DNA from: Amphiscolops sp. MND2022
Taxonomy: Eukaryota
Direction of reading: 5' to 3'
DNA: 64,000 bases
Assembly: GCA_964187785.1 (NCBI GenBank)
Contig: OZ076409.1
Location: forward strand, 97,714,001 to 97,778,000
Shown here: in pieces, positions 1 to 13,617 of the stretch
Layout of the letters: the number at the start of each line of letters is the position of its first letter
Position numbering within the stretch: position 1 is the stretch's first letter
Program-made: the position numbers and the translations under genes
The notes under the pieces: generated by a model
What the model saw: only the letters and a program-made list of their open reading frames with translations
Told to the model about the DNA's origin: nothing
Database searches by the model: none

Positions 1-3000
1 AAAAAGAACAGTGACGAAAAGCCATGACTATAGTCGACTCTTGGGGTAGAACTATTCTGGTCACTTCAGGTGTATCGAAAAAAACACTGACGAAAAGCCA
101 TGACTATAGTCGACTCTTGGGGTAGAACTATTCTGGTCACTTCAGGTGTATCGAAAAAAAACACTGACGAAAAGCCATGACTATAGTCGACTCTTGGGGT
201 AGAACTATTCTGGTCACTTCAGGTGTATCGAAAAAAAAACACTGACGAAAAGCCATCACTATAGTCGACTCTTGGGGTAGAACTATTCTGGTCACTTCAG
301 GTGTATCGAATAAAAAACACTGACGAAAAGCCATGACTATAGTCGACTCTTGGGGTAGAACTATTCTGGTCACTTCAGGTGTATCGAAAAAAACAGTGAC
401 GAAAAGCCATGACTATAGTCGACTCTTGGGGTAGAACTATTCTGGTCACTTCAGGTGTATCGAAAAAAGAACAGTGACGAAAAGCCATGACTATAGTCGA
501 CTCTTGGGGTAGAACTATTCTGGTCACTTCAGGTGTATCGAAAAAAACACTGACGAAAAGCCATGACTATAGTCGACTCTTGGGGTAGAACTATTCTGGT
601 CACTTCAGTTGTATCGAAAAAAAACACTGACGAAAAGCCATGACTATAGTCGACTCTTGGGGTAGAACTATTCTGGTCACTTCAGGTGTATCGAAAAAAA
701 AACACTGACGAAAAGCCATCACTATAGTCGACTCTTGGGGTAGAACTATTCTGGTCACTTCAGGTGTATCGAATAAAAAACACTGACGAAAAGCCATGAC
801 TATAGTCGACTCTTGGGGTAGAACTATTCTGGTCACTTCAGGTGTATCGAAAAAAACAGTGACGAAAAGCCATGACTATAGTCGACTCTTGGGGTAGAAC
901 TATTCTGGTCACTTCAGGTGTATCGAAAAAAACACTGACGAAAAGCCATGACTATAGTCGACTCTTGGGGTAGAACTATTCTGGTCACTTCAGGTGTATC
1001 GAAAAAAGAACAGTGACGAAAAGCCATGACTATAGTCGACTCTTGGGGTAGAACTATTCTGGTCACTTCAGGTGTATCGAAAAAAAAACACTGACGAAAA
1101 GCCATCACTATAGTTGACTCTTGGGGTAGAACTATTCTGGTCACTTCAGGTGTATCGAATAAAAAACACTGACGAAAAGCCATGACTATAGTCGACTCTT
1201 GGGGTAGAACTATTCTGGTCACTTCAGGTGTAACGACAAAAGAACAGTGACGAAAAGCCATGACTATAGTCGACTCTTGGGGTAGAACTATTCTGGTCAC
1301 TTCAGGTGTATCGAATAAAAAACACTGACGAAAAGCCATGACTATAGTCGACTCTTGGGGTAGAACTATTCTGGTCACTTCAGGTGTATCGAAAAAAGAA
1401 CAGTGACGAAAAGCCATGACTATAGTCGACTCTTGGGGTAGAACTATTCTGGTCACTTCAGGTGTATCGAATAAAAAACACTGACGAAAAGCCATGACTA
1501 TAGTCGACTCTTGGGGTAGAACTATTCTGGTCACTTCAGGTGTATCGAAAAAAGAACAGTGACGAAAAGCCATGACTATAGTCGACTCTTGGGGTAGAAC
1601 TATTCTGGTCACTTCAGGTGTATCGAAAAAAACACTGACGAAAAGCCATGACTATAGTCGACTCTTGGGGTAGAACTATTCTGGTCACTTCAGGTGTATC
1701 GAAAAAAAAACACTGACGAAAAGCCATCACTATAGTCGACTCTTGGGGTAGAACTATTCTGGTCACTTCAGGTGTATCGAAAAAAAACACTGACGAAAAG
1801 CCATCACTATAGTCGACTCTTGGGGCAGAACTATTCTGGTCACTTCAGGTGTATCGAAAAAAGAACAGTGACGAAAAGCCATGACTATAGTCGACTCTTG
1901 GGGTAGAACTATTCTGGTCACTTCAGGTGTATCGAAAAAAGAACAGTGACGAAAAGCCATGACTATAGTCGACTCTTGGGGTAGAACTATTCTGGTCACT
2001 TCAGGTGTATCGAATAAAAAACACTGACGAAAAGCCATGACTATAGTCGACTCTTGGGGTAGAACTATTCTGGTCACTTCAGGTGTATCGAAAAAAGAAC
2101 AGTGACGAAAAGCCATGACTATAGTCGACTCTTGGGGTAGAACTATTCTGGTCACTTCAGGTGTATCGAATAAAAAACACTGACGAAAAGCCATGACTAT
2201 AGTCGACTCTTGGGGTAGAACTATTCTGGTCACTTCAGGTGTATCGAAAAAAGAACAGTGACGAAAAGCCATGACTATAGTCGACTCTTGGGGTAGAACT
2301 ATTCTGGTCACTTCAGGTGTATCGAATAAAAAACACTGACGAAAAGCCATGACTATAGTCGACTCTTGGGGTAGAACTATTCTGGTCACTTCAGGTGTAT
2401 CGAAAAAAGAACAGTGACGAAAAGCCATGACTATAGTCGACTCTTGGGGTAGAACTATTCTGGTCACTTCAGGTGTATCGAAAAAAACACTGACGAAAAG
2501 CCATGACTATAGTCGACTCTTGGGGTAGAACTATTCTGGTCACTTCAGGTGTATCGAAAAAAAAACACTGACGAAAAGCCATCACTATAGTCGACTCTTG
2601 GGGTAGAACTATTCTGGTCACTTCAGGTGTATCGAAAAAAAAAACACTGACGAAAAGCCATCACTATAGTCGACTCTTGGGGTAGAACTATTCTGGTCAC
2701 TTCAGGTGTATCGAAAAAAGAACAGTGACGAAAAGCCATGACTATAGTCGACTCTTGGGGTAGAACTATTCTGGTCACTTCAGGTGTATCGAAAAAAGAA
2801 CAGTGACGAAAAGCCATGACTATAGTCGACTCTTGGGGTAGAACTATTCTGGTCACTTCAGGTGTATCGAAAAAAGAACAGTGACGAAAAGCCATGACTA
2901 TAGTCGACTCTTGGGGTAGAACTATTCTGGTCACTTCAGGTGTATCGAAAAAAACACTGACGAAAAGCCATGACTATAGTCGACTCTTGGGGTAGAACTA

Positions 3001-6000
3001 TTCTGGTCACTTCAGGTGTATCGAAAAAAAAACACTGACGAAAAGCCATGACTATAGTCGACTCTTGGGGTAGAACTATTCTGGTCACTTCAGGTGTATC
3101 GAAAAAAAAACACTGACGAAAAGCCATCACTATAGTCGACTCTTGGGGTAGAACTATTCTGGTCACTTCAGGTGTATCGAATAAAAAACACTGACGAAAA
3201 GCCATGACTATAGTCGACTCTTGGGGTAGAACTATTCTGGTCACTTCAGGTGTATCGAAAAAAACACTGACGAAAAGCCATGACTATAGTCGACTCTTGG
3301 GGTAGAACTATTCTGGTCACTTCAGGTGTATCGAAAAAAACACTGACGAAAAGCCATGACTATAGTCGACTCTTGGGGTAGAACTATTCTGGTCACTTCA
3401 GGTGTATCGAAAAAAGAACAGTGACGAAAAGCCATGACTATAGTCGACTCTTGGGGTAGAACTATTCTGGTCACTTCAGGTGTATCGAAAAAAAAACACT
3501 GACGAAAAGCCATCACTATAGTCGACTCTTGGGGTAGAACTATTCTGGTCACTTCAGGTGTATCGAATAAAAAACACTGACGAAAAGCCATGACTATAGT
3601 CGACTCTTGGGGTAGAACTATTCTGGTCACTTCAGGTGTATCGAAAAAAGAACAGTGACGAAAAGCCATGACTATAGTCGACTCTTGGGGTAGAACTATT
3701 CTGGTCACTTCAGGTGTATCGAACAAAAAACACTGACGAAAAGCCATGACTATAGTCGACTCTTGGGGTAGAACTATTCTGGTCACTTCAGGTGTATCGA
3801 AAAAAGAACAGTGACGAAAAGCCATGACTATAGTCGACTCTTGGGGTAGAACTATTCTGGTCACTTCAGGTGTATCGAATAAAAAACACTGACGAAAAGC
3901 CATGACTATAGTCGACTCTTGGGGTAGAACTATTCTGGTCACTTCAGGTGTATCGAAAAAAACACTGACGAAAAGCCATGACTATAGTCGACTCTTGGGG
4001 TAGAACTATTCTGGTCACTTCAGGTGTATCGAAAAAAGAACAGTGACGAAAAGCCATGACTATAGTCGACTCTTGGGGTAGAACTATTCTGGTCACTTCA
4101 GGTGTATCGAAAAAAAAACACTGACGAAAAGCCATCACTATAGTCGACTCTTGGGGTAGAACTATTCTGGTCACTTCAGGTGTATCGAAAAAAACACTGA
4201 CGAAAAGCCATGACTATAGTCGACTCTTGGGGTAGAACTATTCTGGTCACTTCAGGTGTATCGAAAAAAGAACAGTGACGAAAAGCCATGACTATAGTCG
4301 ACTCTTGGGGTAGAACTATTCTGGTCACTTCAGGTGTATCGAATAAAAAACACTGACGAAAAGCCATGACTATAGTCGACTCTTGGGGTAGAACTATTCT
4401 GGTCACTTCAGGTGTATCGAAAAAAGAACAGTGACGAAAAGCCATGACTATAGTCGACTCTTGGGGTAGAACTATTCTGGTCACTTCAGGTGTATCGAAT
4501 AAAAAACACTGACGAAAAGCCATGACTATAGTCGACTCTTGGGGTAGAACTATTCTGGTCACTTCAGGTGTATCGAAAAAAACACTGACGAAAAGCCATG
4601 ACTATAGTCGACTCTTGGGGTAGAACTATTCTGGTCACTTCAGGTGTATCGAAAAAAGAACAGTGACGAAAAGCCATGACTATAGTCGACTCTTGGGGTA
4701 GAACTATTCTGGTCACTTCAGGTGTATCGAAAAAAAAACACTGACGAAAAGCCATCACTATAGTCGACTCTTGGGGTAGAACTATTCTGGTCACTTCAGG
4801 TGTATCGAAAAAAACACTGACGAAAAGCCATGACTATAGTCGACTCTTGGGGTAGAACTATTCTGGTCACTTCAGGTGTATCGAAAAAAACACTGACGAA
4901 AAGCCATGACTATAGTCGACTCTTGGGGTAGAACTATTCTGGTCACTTCAGGTGTATCGAAAAAAGAACAGTGACGAAAAGCCATGACTATAGTCGACTC
5001 TTGGGGTAGAACTATTCTGGTCACTTCAGGTGTATCGAAAAAAAAACACTGACGAAAAGCCATGACTATAGTCGACTCTTGGGGTAGAACTATTCTGGTC
5101 ATTCAGGTGTATCGAAAAAAAAACACTGACGAAAAGCCATCACTATAGTCGACTCTTGGGGTAGAACTATTCTGGTCACTTCAGGTGTATCGAATAAAAA
5201 ACACTGACGAAAAGCCATGACTATAGTCGACTCTTGGGGTAGAACTATTCTGGTCACTTCAGGTGTATTGAAAAAAACACTGACGAAAAGCCATGACTAC
5301 AGTCGACTCTTGGGGTAGAACTATTCTGGTCACTTCAGGTGTATCGAAAAAAGAACAGTGACGAAAAGCCATCACTATAGTCAACTCTTGGGGTAGAACT
5401 ATTCTGGTCACTTCAGGTGTATCGAAAAAAGAACAGTGACGAAAAGCCATGACTATAGTCGACTCTTGGGGTAGAACTATTCTGGTCACTTCAGGTGTAT
5501 CGAATAAAAAACACTGACGAAAAGCCATGACTATAGTCGACTCTTGGGGTAGAACTATTCTGGTCACTTCAGGTGTATCGAAAAAAACACTGACGAAAAG
5601 CCATGACTATAGTCGACTCTTGGGGTAGAACTATTCTGGTCACTTCAGGTGTATCGAAAAAAGAACAGTGACGAAAAGCCATCACTATAGTCGACTCTTG
5701 GGGTAGAACTATTCTGGTCACTTCAGGTGTATCGAAAAAAGAACAGTGACGAAAAGCCATGACTATAGTCGACTCTTGGGGTAGAACTATTCTGGTCACT
5801 TCAGGTGTATCGAAAAAAAAACACTGACGAAAAGCCATGACTATAGTCGACTCTTGGGGTAGAACTATTCTGGTCACTTCAGGTGTATCGAAAAAAAAAC
5901 ACTGACGAAAAGCCATGACTATAGTCGACTCTTGGGGTAGAACTATTCTGGTCACTTGAGGTGTATCGAAAAAAAAACACTGACGAAAAGCCATGACTAT

Positions 6001-6630
6001 AGTCGACTCTTGGGGTAGAACTATTCTGGTCACTTCAGGTGTATCGAATAAAAAACACTGACGAAAAGCCATCACTATAGTCGACTCTTGGGGTAGAACT
6101 ATTCTGGTCACTTCAGGTGTATCGAAAAAAAAACACTGACGAAAAGCCATCACTATAGTCGACTCTTGGGGTAGAACTATTCTGGTCACTTCAGGTGTAT
6201 CGAAAAAAAACACTGACGAAAAGCCATGACTATAGTCGACTCTTGGGGTAGAACTATTCTGGTCACTTCAGGTGTATCGAAAAAAAAACACTGACGAAAA
6301 GCCATCACTATAGTCGACTCTTGGGGTAGAACTATTCTGGTCACTTCAGGTGTATCGAAAAAAACACTGACGAAAAGCCATGACTATAGTCGACCCTTGG
6401 GGTAGAACTATTCTGGTCACTTCAGGTGTATCGAATAAAAAACACTGACGAAAAGCCATGACTATAGTCGACTCTTGGGGTAGAACTATTCTGGTCACTT
6501 CAGGTGTATCGAAAAAAAACACTGACGAAAAGCCATGACTATAGTCGACTCTTGGGGTAGAACTATTCTGGTCACTTCAGGTGTATCGAAAAAAAAACAC
6601 TGACGAAAAGCCATCACTATAGTCGACTCT
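1..6630. repeat. Tandem satellite, 77-79 bp monomer, about 85 copies in the window, continuing past the left edge
   Basis: The unit GTAGAACTATTCTGGTCACTTCAGGTGTATCG(A)nCACTGACGAAAAGCCATGACTATAGTCGACTCTTGGG repeats head-to-tail. Variation is mostly in A-tract length, AAAGAACAGTG/AATAAAAAACACTG and CATGA/CATCA. Confidence 0.98.
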
Positions 6631-6658
6631 TTTCTTAAGGAAAGCGCCGACTAAAAAA
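6615..6658 (-). mobile_element. Terminus of a Helentron/DINE-1-like non-autonomous element (HINE) closing the satellite
   Basis: The reverse complement TTTTAGTCGGCGCTTTCCTTAAGAAAAGAGTCGACT closely matches the element end at 17127 (TTTTAGTCGGCGCTTTTCTTAAGAAAAGAGCCCGACT). Confidence 0.8.
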
Positions 6659-6871
6659 CCAAAAGAAGAAAACACATCAAGGCTAGCAATCATTTTTTCA
6701 GCGGCAGGCAGTGTGAACTAACTCTGTGGACCATTCGCATACATTATGATCTTACGAAAAATAAATTTGAGAAAAGTAGTCGTTTTAATAGCCATAGGGT
6801 AACTTTTCATGTCCTACAAAATGCACCGACAAATAATACCGAAAAGTGAAAAACGGAAAACACAAACCGAG

Positions 6872-7455
6872 GGTTTAGTATCATTTCACCCCATATCATT
6901 TCACCTCACATTTTTTTCACCCACGCTCATTTTACCCACGTTCATTTCACCCCACATTTTAATTATCAAATGCGTCTCACATTATTAACTAAAGCCACAC
7001 AATTTCAATCTTGGTGCTAATTGGAGAGCGCCTTGAATATAATTACCAATTAGATAAGCAAACGAAGCTTGCTATGTGAACCACAAAATCGGAACCGAAA
7101 AGTTTGACTTATCAGAATTGTAATACTTCTGACAAGGTGCTGAAAAAAAAATCATTTTTCTATTAGTCAAAATCTTCAATTATGGATGCTGCGAATCTTC
7201 AACAGAAAACTTTCTATTCCCTTTTCCTCCGGCGAAAAATTTTCTACAGGCCAGAATCTGACAATCAAATTAAAGCTAACTCAAAGACAGTAGGCATCAA
7301 AGTGTAATTGTTAATTGTTTACTTGAGGTGAGACGCTTTTGTATAATGACATAATGGTGTGAAATGAAAGTGGGTTGAAATGAACGTGGGGTGAATTGAA
7401 TGTGGGGTGAAATGATATGGGATGAAATGATTTTGGGGTAAAATGAACGCACACC
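6872..7455. mobile_element. Mutator/Foldback-like MITE
   Basis: Perfect 9-bp TSD CAAACCGAG (6863-6871, 7456-7464), GG...CC ends, and long imperfect TIRs built of ~16-bp TCATTTCACCCCA sub-repeats. Confidence 0.85.
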
Positions 7456-10301
7456 CAAACCGAGTGCTATTTATTACTGACTAGTAACTCAAAAAAGTAA
7501 GGACTTCATTATTGACTCGAATCAATCTAAAGAGTTTTTCGTTCGATAACGACCACCTCCGAACAAATTGAGTGGTTTTTATTGAGAAAAGGTTTTCAAA
7601 AACTGTTGAAGTTCGGAACCTTTGCATTCATAGCCATTTTTGGTGAACCATCATTTCTTGACAATAAAAACAAATCGCGAAAAACGGTTTCACTCAAATG
7701 TCTTTCAGAAAAAAATTTCGTTCAGAGCCAGAAAGTGAAATGAATAAAAACTGAGAAAAACGAATTTCACCAACAGGAAAGTTTCGGCATTTAGATGCTG
7801 AAGAAAAAATGGTTGTGAAAAAATTTGGAAAAAAAATTGGTTGAATTGAAGACATTTCAAGTATGTTTGATTCTCAATGGTATTACTATGACGTCACTGC
7901 TGAGCTGATGGTATGATTCTACGCAGGCAAACTAGTAGCCTGTCAACTTCGTGTTAATGCTGTTGAAAACTTGCAAGTTCAAAATTTACTTTTCTATCTT
8001 GTTTTTTTTTTTAAATTTTAAATGTGTTATAGGTTTATAAATAAATAAATCATAAATAGGTACCGTACGAGTGACTTTCGTACAATAATAGTAGAATAAC
8101 AGCTTCAGTTTATGTGCAAAATTGAAACGAATCAGGGACTTTTATCGAAGTTTCTGCTACGCGAATTTGTGAATTTTGTTGATTCTACAAATTGATGAAC
8201 AACAATGTAATGCAGAAATCGCTGGACCCAACTGGCTTCGCAGTTTGATCTTCGAATGAAACTTGGCTGATCTTGAACAATTCATCTTTCCTGGTAGCTA
8301 AAACAAAACAACATTAAGCAAATTGAAAACTAAATCTGAAGGGTTTATGATCTATCATTAAGAAAAATAATATAACAATCTAATATTTAAGCATAATAAA
8401 ACTAATGAAGATCAGGATTCGGAAAAAAACACGATTTTGAAAAAAAATCGTGTTCAAAACGTTCGAAACATCAACATTTTTTATTTGAAACATGTTCAAA
8501 ACCCTAAATCTATCATATAAATATGTCTAACACTAAATGACCTAAAAACTGAGTTCATTAGAGTAGGCGAAGACAGAAAGCAAGTTCGTTGGCTTTCTCA
8601 ATTTAGATTCGATTAAGTGTTTGATTGTGGACGAAGCCCAGGGGGCTGAAAATTTGTTCCAAACCTGCCGAACTTCGAATGAAAACCAGAAGCGCATCGG
8701 CAATTTTTTTGATGTCTTCCGCCAAACTACCCAAGATTACTTGCAATTTTAGGAACTTAAAAATATCTATAACTGAAAAAAAACATTGAACAAAATGTAG
8801 GTTTTTGTCAGGTTTAAAACTCTGTTTAAAACATGTTTAAAACGTGCTTAAAACACAGCTTGTTTTAAACATGCGAACCCAAGTAATGATCGATTATTTT
8901 GAATTAAATAACAAATATGGGAATCCAAAAGTATTTTGAATAATATTTCGGTCACTAGACATTAAATTTCATTCAAAGTCGAGATAATGTTGTTAACACT
9001 ATTTCTAAACGACGGAAAGAATGAGAATTCGAAAATTGATTGTCAGGACAAAACGCCAAAAGAAAAAACGCATAAGGAAAAAACGCCAAAAGAGCGTTTT
9101 CAATTTTCACGTAGTCAGCAATGTTCTGATACCTCCACCTCCAGTGCCATAAATGCAGGAACGAAGTCAAACAGAGCGACGTGTCATTACTAGTCCAGCG
9201 TGTGGTTTGACAAAAGCCGAGCTGAAGGGGCGCAAAGGAGGAAGGTCGAGTCATACAGCCAAGAAGAACAATTGAGTTTTCATTTTTGCAATTAAATTTG
9301 AAAATATTTATCACTTCATTACCGAGACGATCACGTGTTTTCACACTTCGATTTCTCAACTTTTTATCTGATGTAATCACCGCTTCTCAACCAGGATGCT
9401 GACAAAGTTTAAAGTGTGACTGAAGTTATTTGGCACTGAAATGGCTATAAACTGATAACATCTTAGTTGCGTTTGAAAAGAGAGCAGTTTTTTGAAAATT
9501 CTGTAAAATTTAAAAGCTTAAAATTGACGCCAAATTGAGGATGCTTCTTTCAAGCAGCTTGGTAAATTCCGAATAGAACAGGGGAACACTACTGGATAAA
9601 ATTTTCTGTTAGGGTTCTAGAAATTCATATAAAAATTGGTGGCAGCTTTGAAGAACATGCAAAAAACTCCAATTTCAAAAAACTGAATTCCCTCTAAATT
9701 TCCATGGAAAAAAATTTTACAAGAAGGCAGTTCACGAACTGAAATGATCACAACCACACACGAGGTCAAAAATCTATCATCTACACGTGAAACGAAAGTA
9801 TACCTGTAGCTGATAATTGAGGAGGTTTTTCGAGTTTTTTCTGAAAAGTTAAATTTTTTTCATATTTTTTCAATTGAAAAGGTACCAATACCTTGTTGAA
9901 ACTGCTTGCAATTTTTTCATGTAATTTAATGTTGCCAGCAACTTTCATTATGATTTTCTAAAACTCTTACAAAAATATTTCCCTTGTGTATTTAACTTTT
10001 ATCAAGCAACTTGAAAGATGCATCAAAGTTTTGGAGCCAATCTTAAGCCTTGAAGTTTTGCAGGTTGCATTATGTATCAGTTCTAATTTTAAAAGCAGCT
10101 GAGACGTCAACAATTTAACCGCCATTTTAATGCAAACTATTTTCATTCAAAATGTAAACAACAAACTAGCGTTATCTTCAGCGTCCTGCTTGAGAAGCGG
10201 CGATTAAATCAGATGAGTAGTTGAGAAAACAAAGTGTGAATACGGAATGATCGTGTCGGTAAGATAGTGGAATTAAAATTCAAATTTAATTGCAGTACTG
10301 G

Positions 10302-11193
10302 TGTAACGGCTGCTTGATCCCTTCAGTTGACCAAACTTCACGCCGCCCTGAATTCGGTGCTCGGCACTGTGGATCGTTACCGAACACTGCTTGCTTCTTA
10401 GAATAAAAGGACTGTATCTTGACTTAGTAGGATCCAGTGATCCCGAATTGCACTTCTTCCTTGTCTCTTAACACGTCCAACTCTCCACAGGTTGAGAGTA
10501 ACTAACTTAATCGCCCTAAGTCTTTGGCGAAAAGTCGAAAAGAGGTGAAGAAATGAATTGAGAATATGTGTGGTCCTAAGACCCAACTTGAATACAGCTT
10601 TCCAATCAATTTGTGCCTATCTAACAATGGTATAAATGTGGTTTACAATTCTACAGTAAATATAAGCAAATATCAGTTGAAATATGTTGTATAAATAAAT
10701 GACATTTAAAGCATAAAATGAAGTTATTGGCTAAGTAAACAAACTATATGGTGGTTTTGGTATGTTGGTCAGGTGGGTTAGAAAGTATGTTTACACAATG
10801 TAAATATCACAAATTTCAACAGAGTTACATTTCCTTCAAGGTCAAATGAGAAAATCACATAATTATTAATACATCAAAAATTGGGTTTTCATGGGGTCCG
10901 ACCTAGGTCACTTTGGGTGTTAATTGCTCTGAACCAAGGGGAGATACGGGGTTGGGTGTTCGAAGTGAAAAGTTAGGGGAACACCACCGCTGTATGTGTG
11001 CCAAGTTTCAAGGTGATTGATGAAGTGGTTCACCGGGACGGGGGGGTGGCACATTTTGCAATGCCCTATTTCTGGTAAAACTTGTAATTTTCTAACTAAA
11101 ATCGGGATAAAGTTTCTCAGTGTTTTGAGTTATAAGCTTCATCAGTCACGTTCGAATTTGAGTTTCTGATCACGCAATTGACTGGCGCCAACA
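10302..11193 (-). repeat. BEL 3' LTR
   Basis: TGTAACGG...GCCAACA, nearly identical to 15989-16883. A purine-rich PPT (GGGAGAAAAACAGGGCCGGCAA on minus) lies next to it at about 11194-11215. Confidence 0.95.
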
Positions 11194-12770
11194 TTGCCGG
11201 CCCTGTTTTTCTCCCGAAAAACACTTTCATAGAACAGGGGTGCCAGTTTCACTACTGGTCTTCTGAGTTTGCCATCTTTCGTCACCACTGTCGCAGATCT
11301 AACTCTGCCGTCGCTTCCTTCTTGTACTTCCAGTACTCTCGCCATCTTGTAGTAGGACCGTTTCACATTTTCATCCACGACCCAAACCAAATCATTCACT
11401 TTCAGTTGTCTCACGTCATCTTTGTTCCATTTATTACGCACATTCCATTCCGGCAGATATTCTTTAGTCCATCTAGTCCAGATCATATCTGAATACGCTT
11501 GAGACACACGAAATACTCGTCGCAAATCTGTGTAACGTTGAGCAACTGGTAGGAATGGCGTGGCTAAATTAGCTCTTCCCAATAAGAAGTGGTTCGGTGT
11601 CAAAGCTTCCAGGTCATCCGGATCGTCACTAACACTAGTCAGTGGTCTAGCATTCAAAGTCTGTTCTACTAAACACATAGTTGTTATAAGGACGTCGTCT
11701 GTCAAGGATCGTCCATCCAATACAGCTATCATCGCTTTTTTACAACTTCGAACCAATCGTTCCCAGATTCCTCCAAAATGAGGGGCTCCTGGAGGGTTGA
11801 ATTTCCATTTGATGTCCTTTTGAGCTAGCGACGTCTCAATGTCTGACTGATTCCATGCATTTATACAATCTCTCATTTCTTTGGCTGCACCCACGAAGTT
11901 CGTCCCAATATCGCTCAGAATTGTAGCAGGTTTACCTCTACGGGCAATAAACCGTGTGATAGCAGTCAAGCAGGTCTCTGCTTCCAAAGATGGAACGACT
12001 TCAATGTGTACTGCTCTAGTTGTCAAACATGTGAAGAGACAGCACCATCTCTTCATGGTCTTACGCATAAACTTCACTTCAAAGGGACCAAAATAGTCAA
12101 CTCCAGTGTTGGTAAAGGGGAATACTCGTTCCTGCAATCTCTCTCGCGGTAAATCAGCCATAAATGGTTGAGACACTCCAGCTCGTTGCTTTCTACATTT
12201 AACACATTTCGCTTTGACGTTCCTCAAAGCGTTTCGCAATCCAATAATCCAGTATTCTTGCCTCAGAACACTTCTGACGTATTCTGTGCCTTCATGAAAA
12301 TTCGCTCGATGAGCATCTTCAATCAACTTGATGACTACATAGTGCTTTGCTGACAACAAGATCGGATGTTTGACCTCATAACTTGGTCTTGAATGCTGCA
12401 GTCGGCCATGTAGTCGCAGCAATCCATTTTCGTCCAGAAACGGCGATAATTTATTCAATTGCTCTGAAGCCGACAACGGCTGCCCTTTGTAGATCTTCTC
12501 GTAGGCATCATGAAAACTTTCCCTCTGACAACGCTTCAAAATTGCCAGTTTTGCCGCATTGAGTTCTTCCACTGTCAGAATTTCTCCAGACTTCTTTTTC
12601 TTCCATCTTAGGCAGTATGAGAGCACTCGAATCATTTTCTTGAAAGACCCAAATCTTTCCCATTCGAATGCGGGTTCCATTACAGCAGCTTCCTGGACTG
12701 GTTCTTGCTCTTCTTGAATGCTGAATTGCAATTTTTCAGGCGCCTTAGGCCAGGCGTCCTCTGTCTCGGT
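11142..12770 (-). CDS. BEL integrase region (HHCC zinc finger, rve core, C-terminal domain)
   Basis: H-x4-H...CVKC, GVDYFGP, SDIGTNF, GGIWERLV and RPVVKLAPL. Confidence 0.9.
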   Translation of the reverse strand, partial: TETEDAWPKAPEKLQFSIQEEQEPVQEAAVMEPAFEWERFGSFKKMIRVLSYCLRWKKKKSGEILTVEELNAAKLAILKRCQRESFHDAYEKIYKGQPLSASEQLNKLSPFLDENGLLRLHGRLQHSRPSYEVKHPILLSAKHYVVIKLIEDAHRANFHEGTEYVRSVLRQEYWIIGLRNALRNVKAKCVKCRKQRAGVSQPFMADLPRERLQERVFPFTNTGVDYFGPFEVKFMRKTMKRWCCLFTCLTTRAVHIEVVPSLEAETCLTAITRFIARRGKPATILSDIGTNFVGAAKEMRDCINAWNQSDIETSLAQKDIKWKFNPPGAPHFGGIWERLVRSCKKAMIAVLDGRSLTDDVLITTMCLVEQTLNARPLTSVSDDPDDLEALTPNHFLLGRANLATPFLPVAQRYTDLRRVFRVSQAYSDMIWTRWTKEYLPEWNVRNKWNKDDVRQLKVNDLVWVVDENVKRSYYKMARVLEVQEGSDGRVRSATVVTKDGKLRRPVVKLAPLFYESVFREKNRAGNVGASQLRDQKLKFERD

Positions 12771-13617
12771 AAGCAAAATTGGCGCAAGTTGGCGAACTTT
12801 TGGCTCCGAAGATATGTCTTCCATATTTATACACCTTAACGGGTTCATTTGGATTATCTCTCCATAGAAATCTCAACACTTTACAATCTTCCGGTGGTAC
12901 TTTCACCTGGAGGAACATCGCCTCAATGTCGGCGGTGATGGCGATCCTTTGTTCTCTAAACCTGAAGATTATTCCAATCGGATTCTGTAGTAGGTCCGGC
13001 CCTGTCAAGAGGTTATCGTTCAAGGAAATTCCACGGAATTTGGATGCTGCGTTGCACACTCGCCTCACCTTTCCTGGTTTGTTTGGGCTTTCTACTGGAT
13101 GATGCGGAACATACCACTGTCTTTCCAGTTTTGTAGCTTCCAATTCTTCCTGCTTTAGGATTCTGACGAATCCCTTTTCAACATCTACTTTGATAGAGTC
13201 TTGATAGAATTTCTTCAACTCTGGTTTCTTTTCAAGTCTATACGCCAACGATTTCAATTGGCTTAATGCAGAAGAGTAATTGTTTGGCAAGAAGGGGTCA
13301 TTTCTTTTCCAGAGAAGACCAACTTCATATCTTTCACCAACAAACTTTGTGGTTTGTTCCAGCATTTGCAACGCCTTCTCATCTTCCTTGGACCTTCCAG
13401 ACACATCGCAGCGAGACGCATAGGATTCTATGTCCCACCACGTTTTTACCTGTTCTGCCAGTGCATCATCTTCAAAGGCTGTTACGCAAGATGCAGTCAT
13501 CTGCACAGCCTTTTGCTGTGGAAGTGGTCCACAGAGAGTCCATCCAAGTTTCGTTTTCACTGCCCAAGGCTCACCATTCGTGCAGCTTTTATATTCTACA
13601 GGCCGATGTATATGGTA
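12771..13617 (-). pseudogene. pol: BEL reverse transcriptase, N-terminal part only
   Basis: Motifs WYVPHHPV, KVRRVCNAA, LNDNLLTGPDL, ADIEAMFLQV and FGAKSSP. The sequence breaks off before the YxDD motif. Confidence 0.9.

Noticed and set aside
1..6630. CRISPR array, or repeat-protein genes (TRIVLPQESTIVMAFR ORFs)
   Set aside because: There are no unique spacers and no cas genes. The ORFs arise because the 78-bp unit is a multiple of 3, and they break at every A-tract length change.
8160..8290. Possible terminal SLC4 exon after a TTTTAG acceptor on the minus strand
   Set aside because: The translation lacks the expected LD continuation and any recognisable SLC4 similarity.
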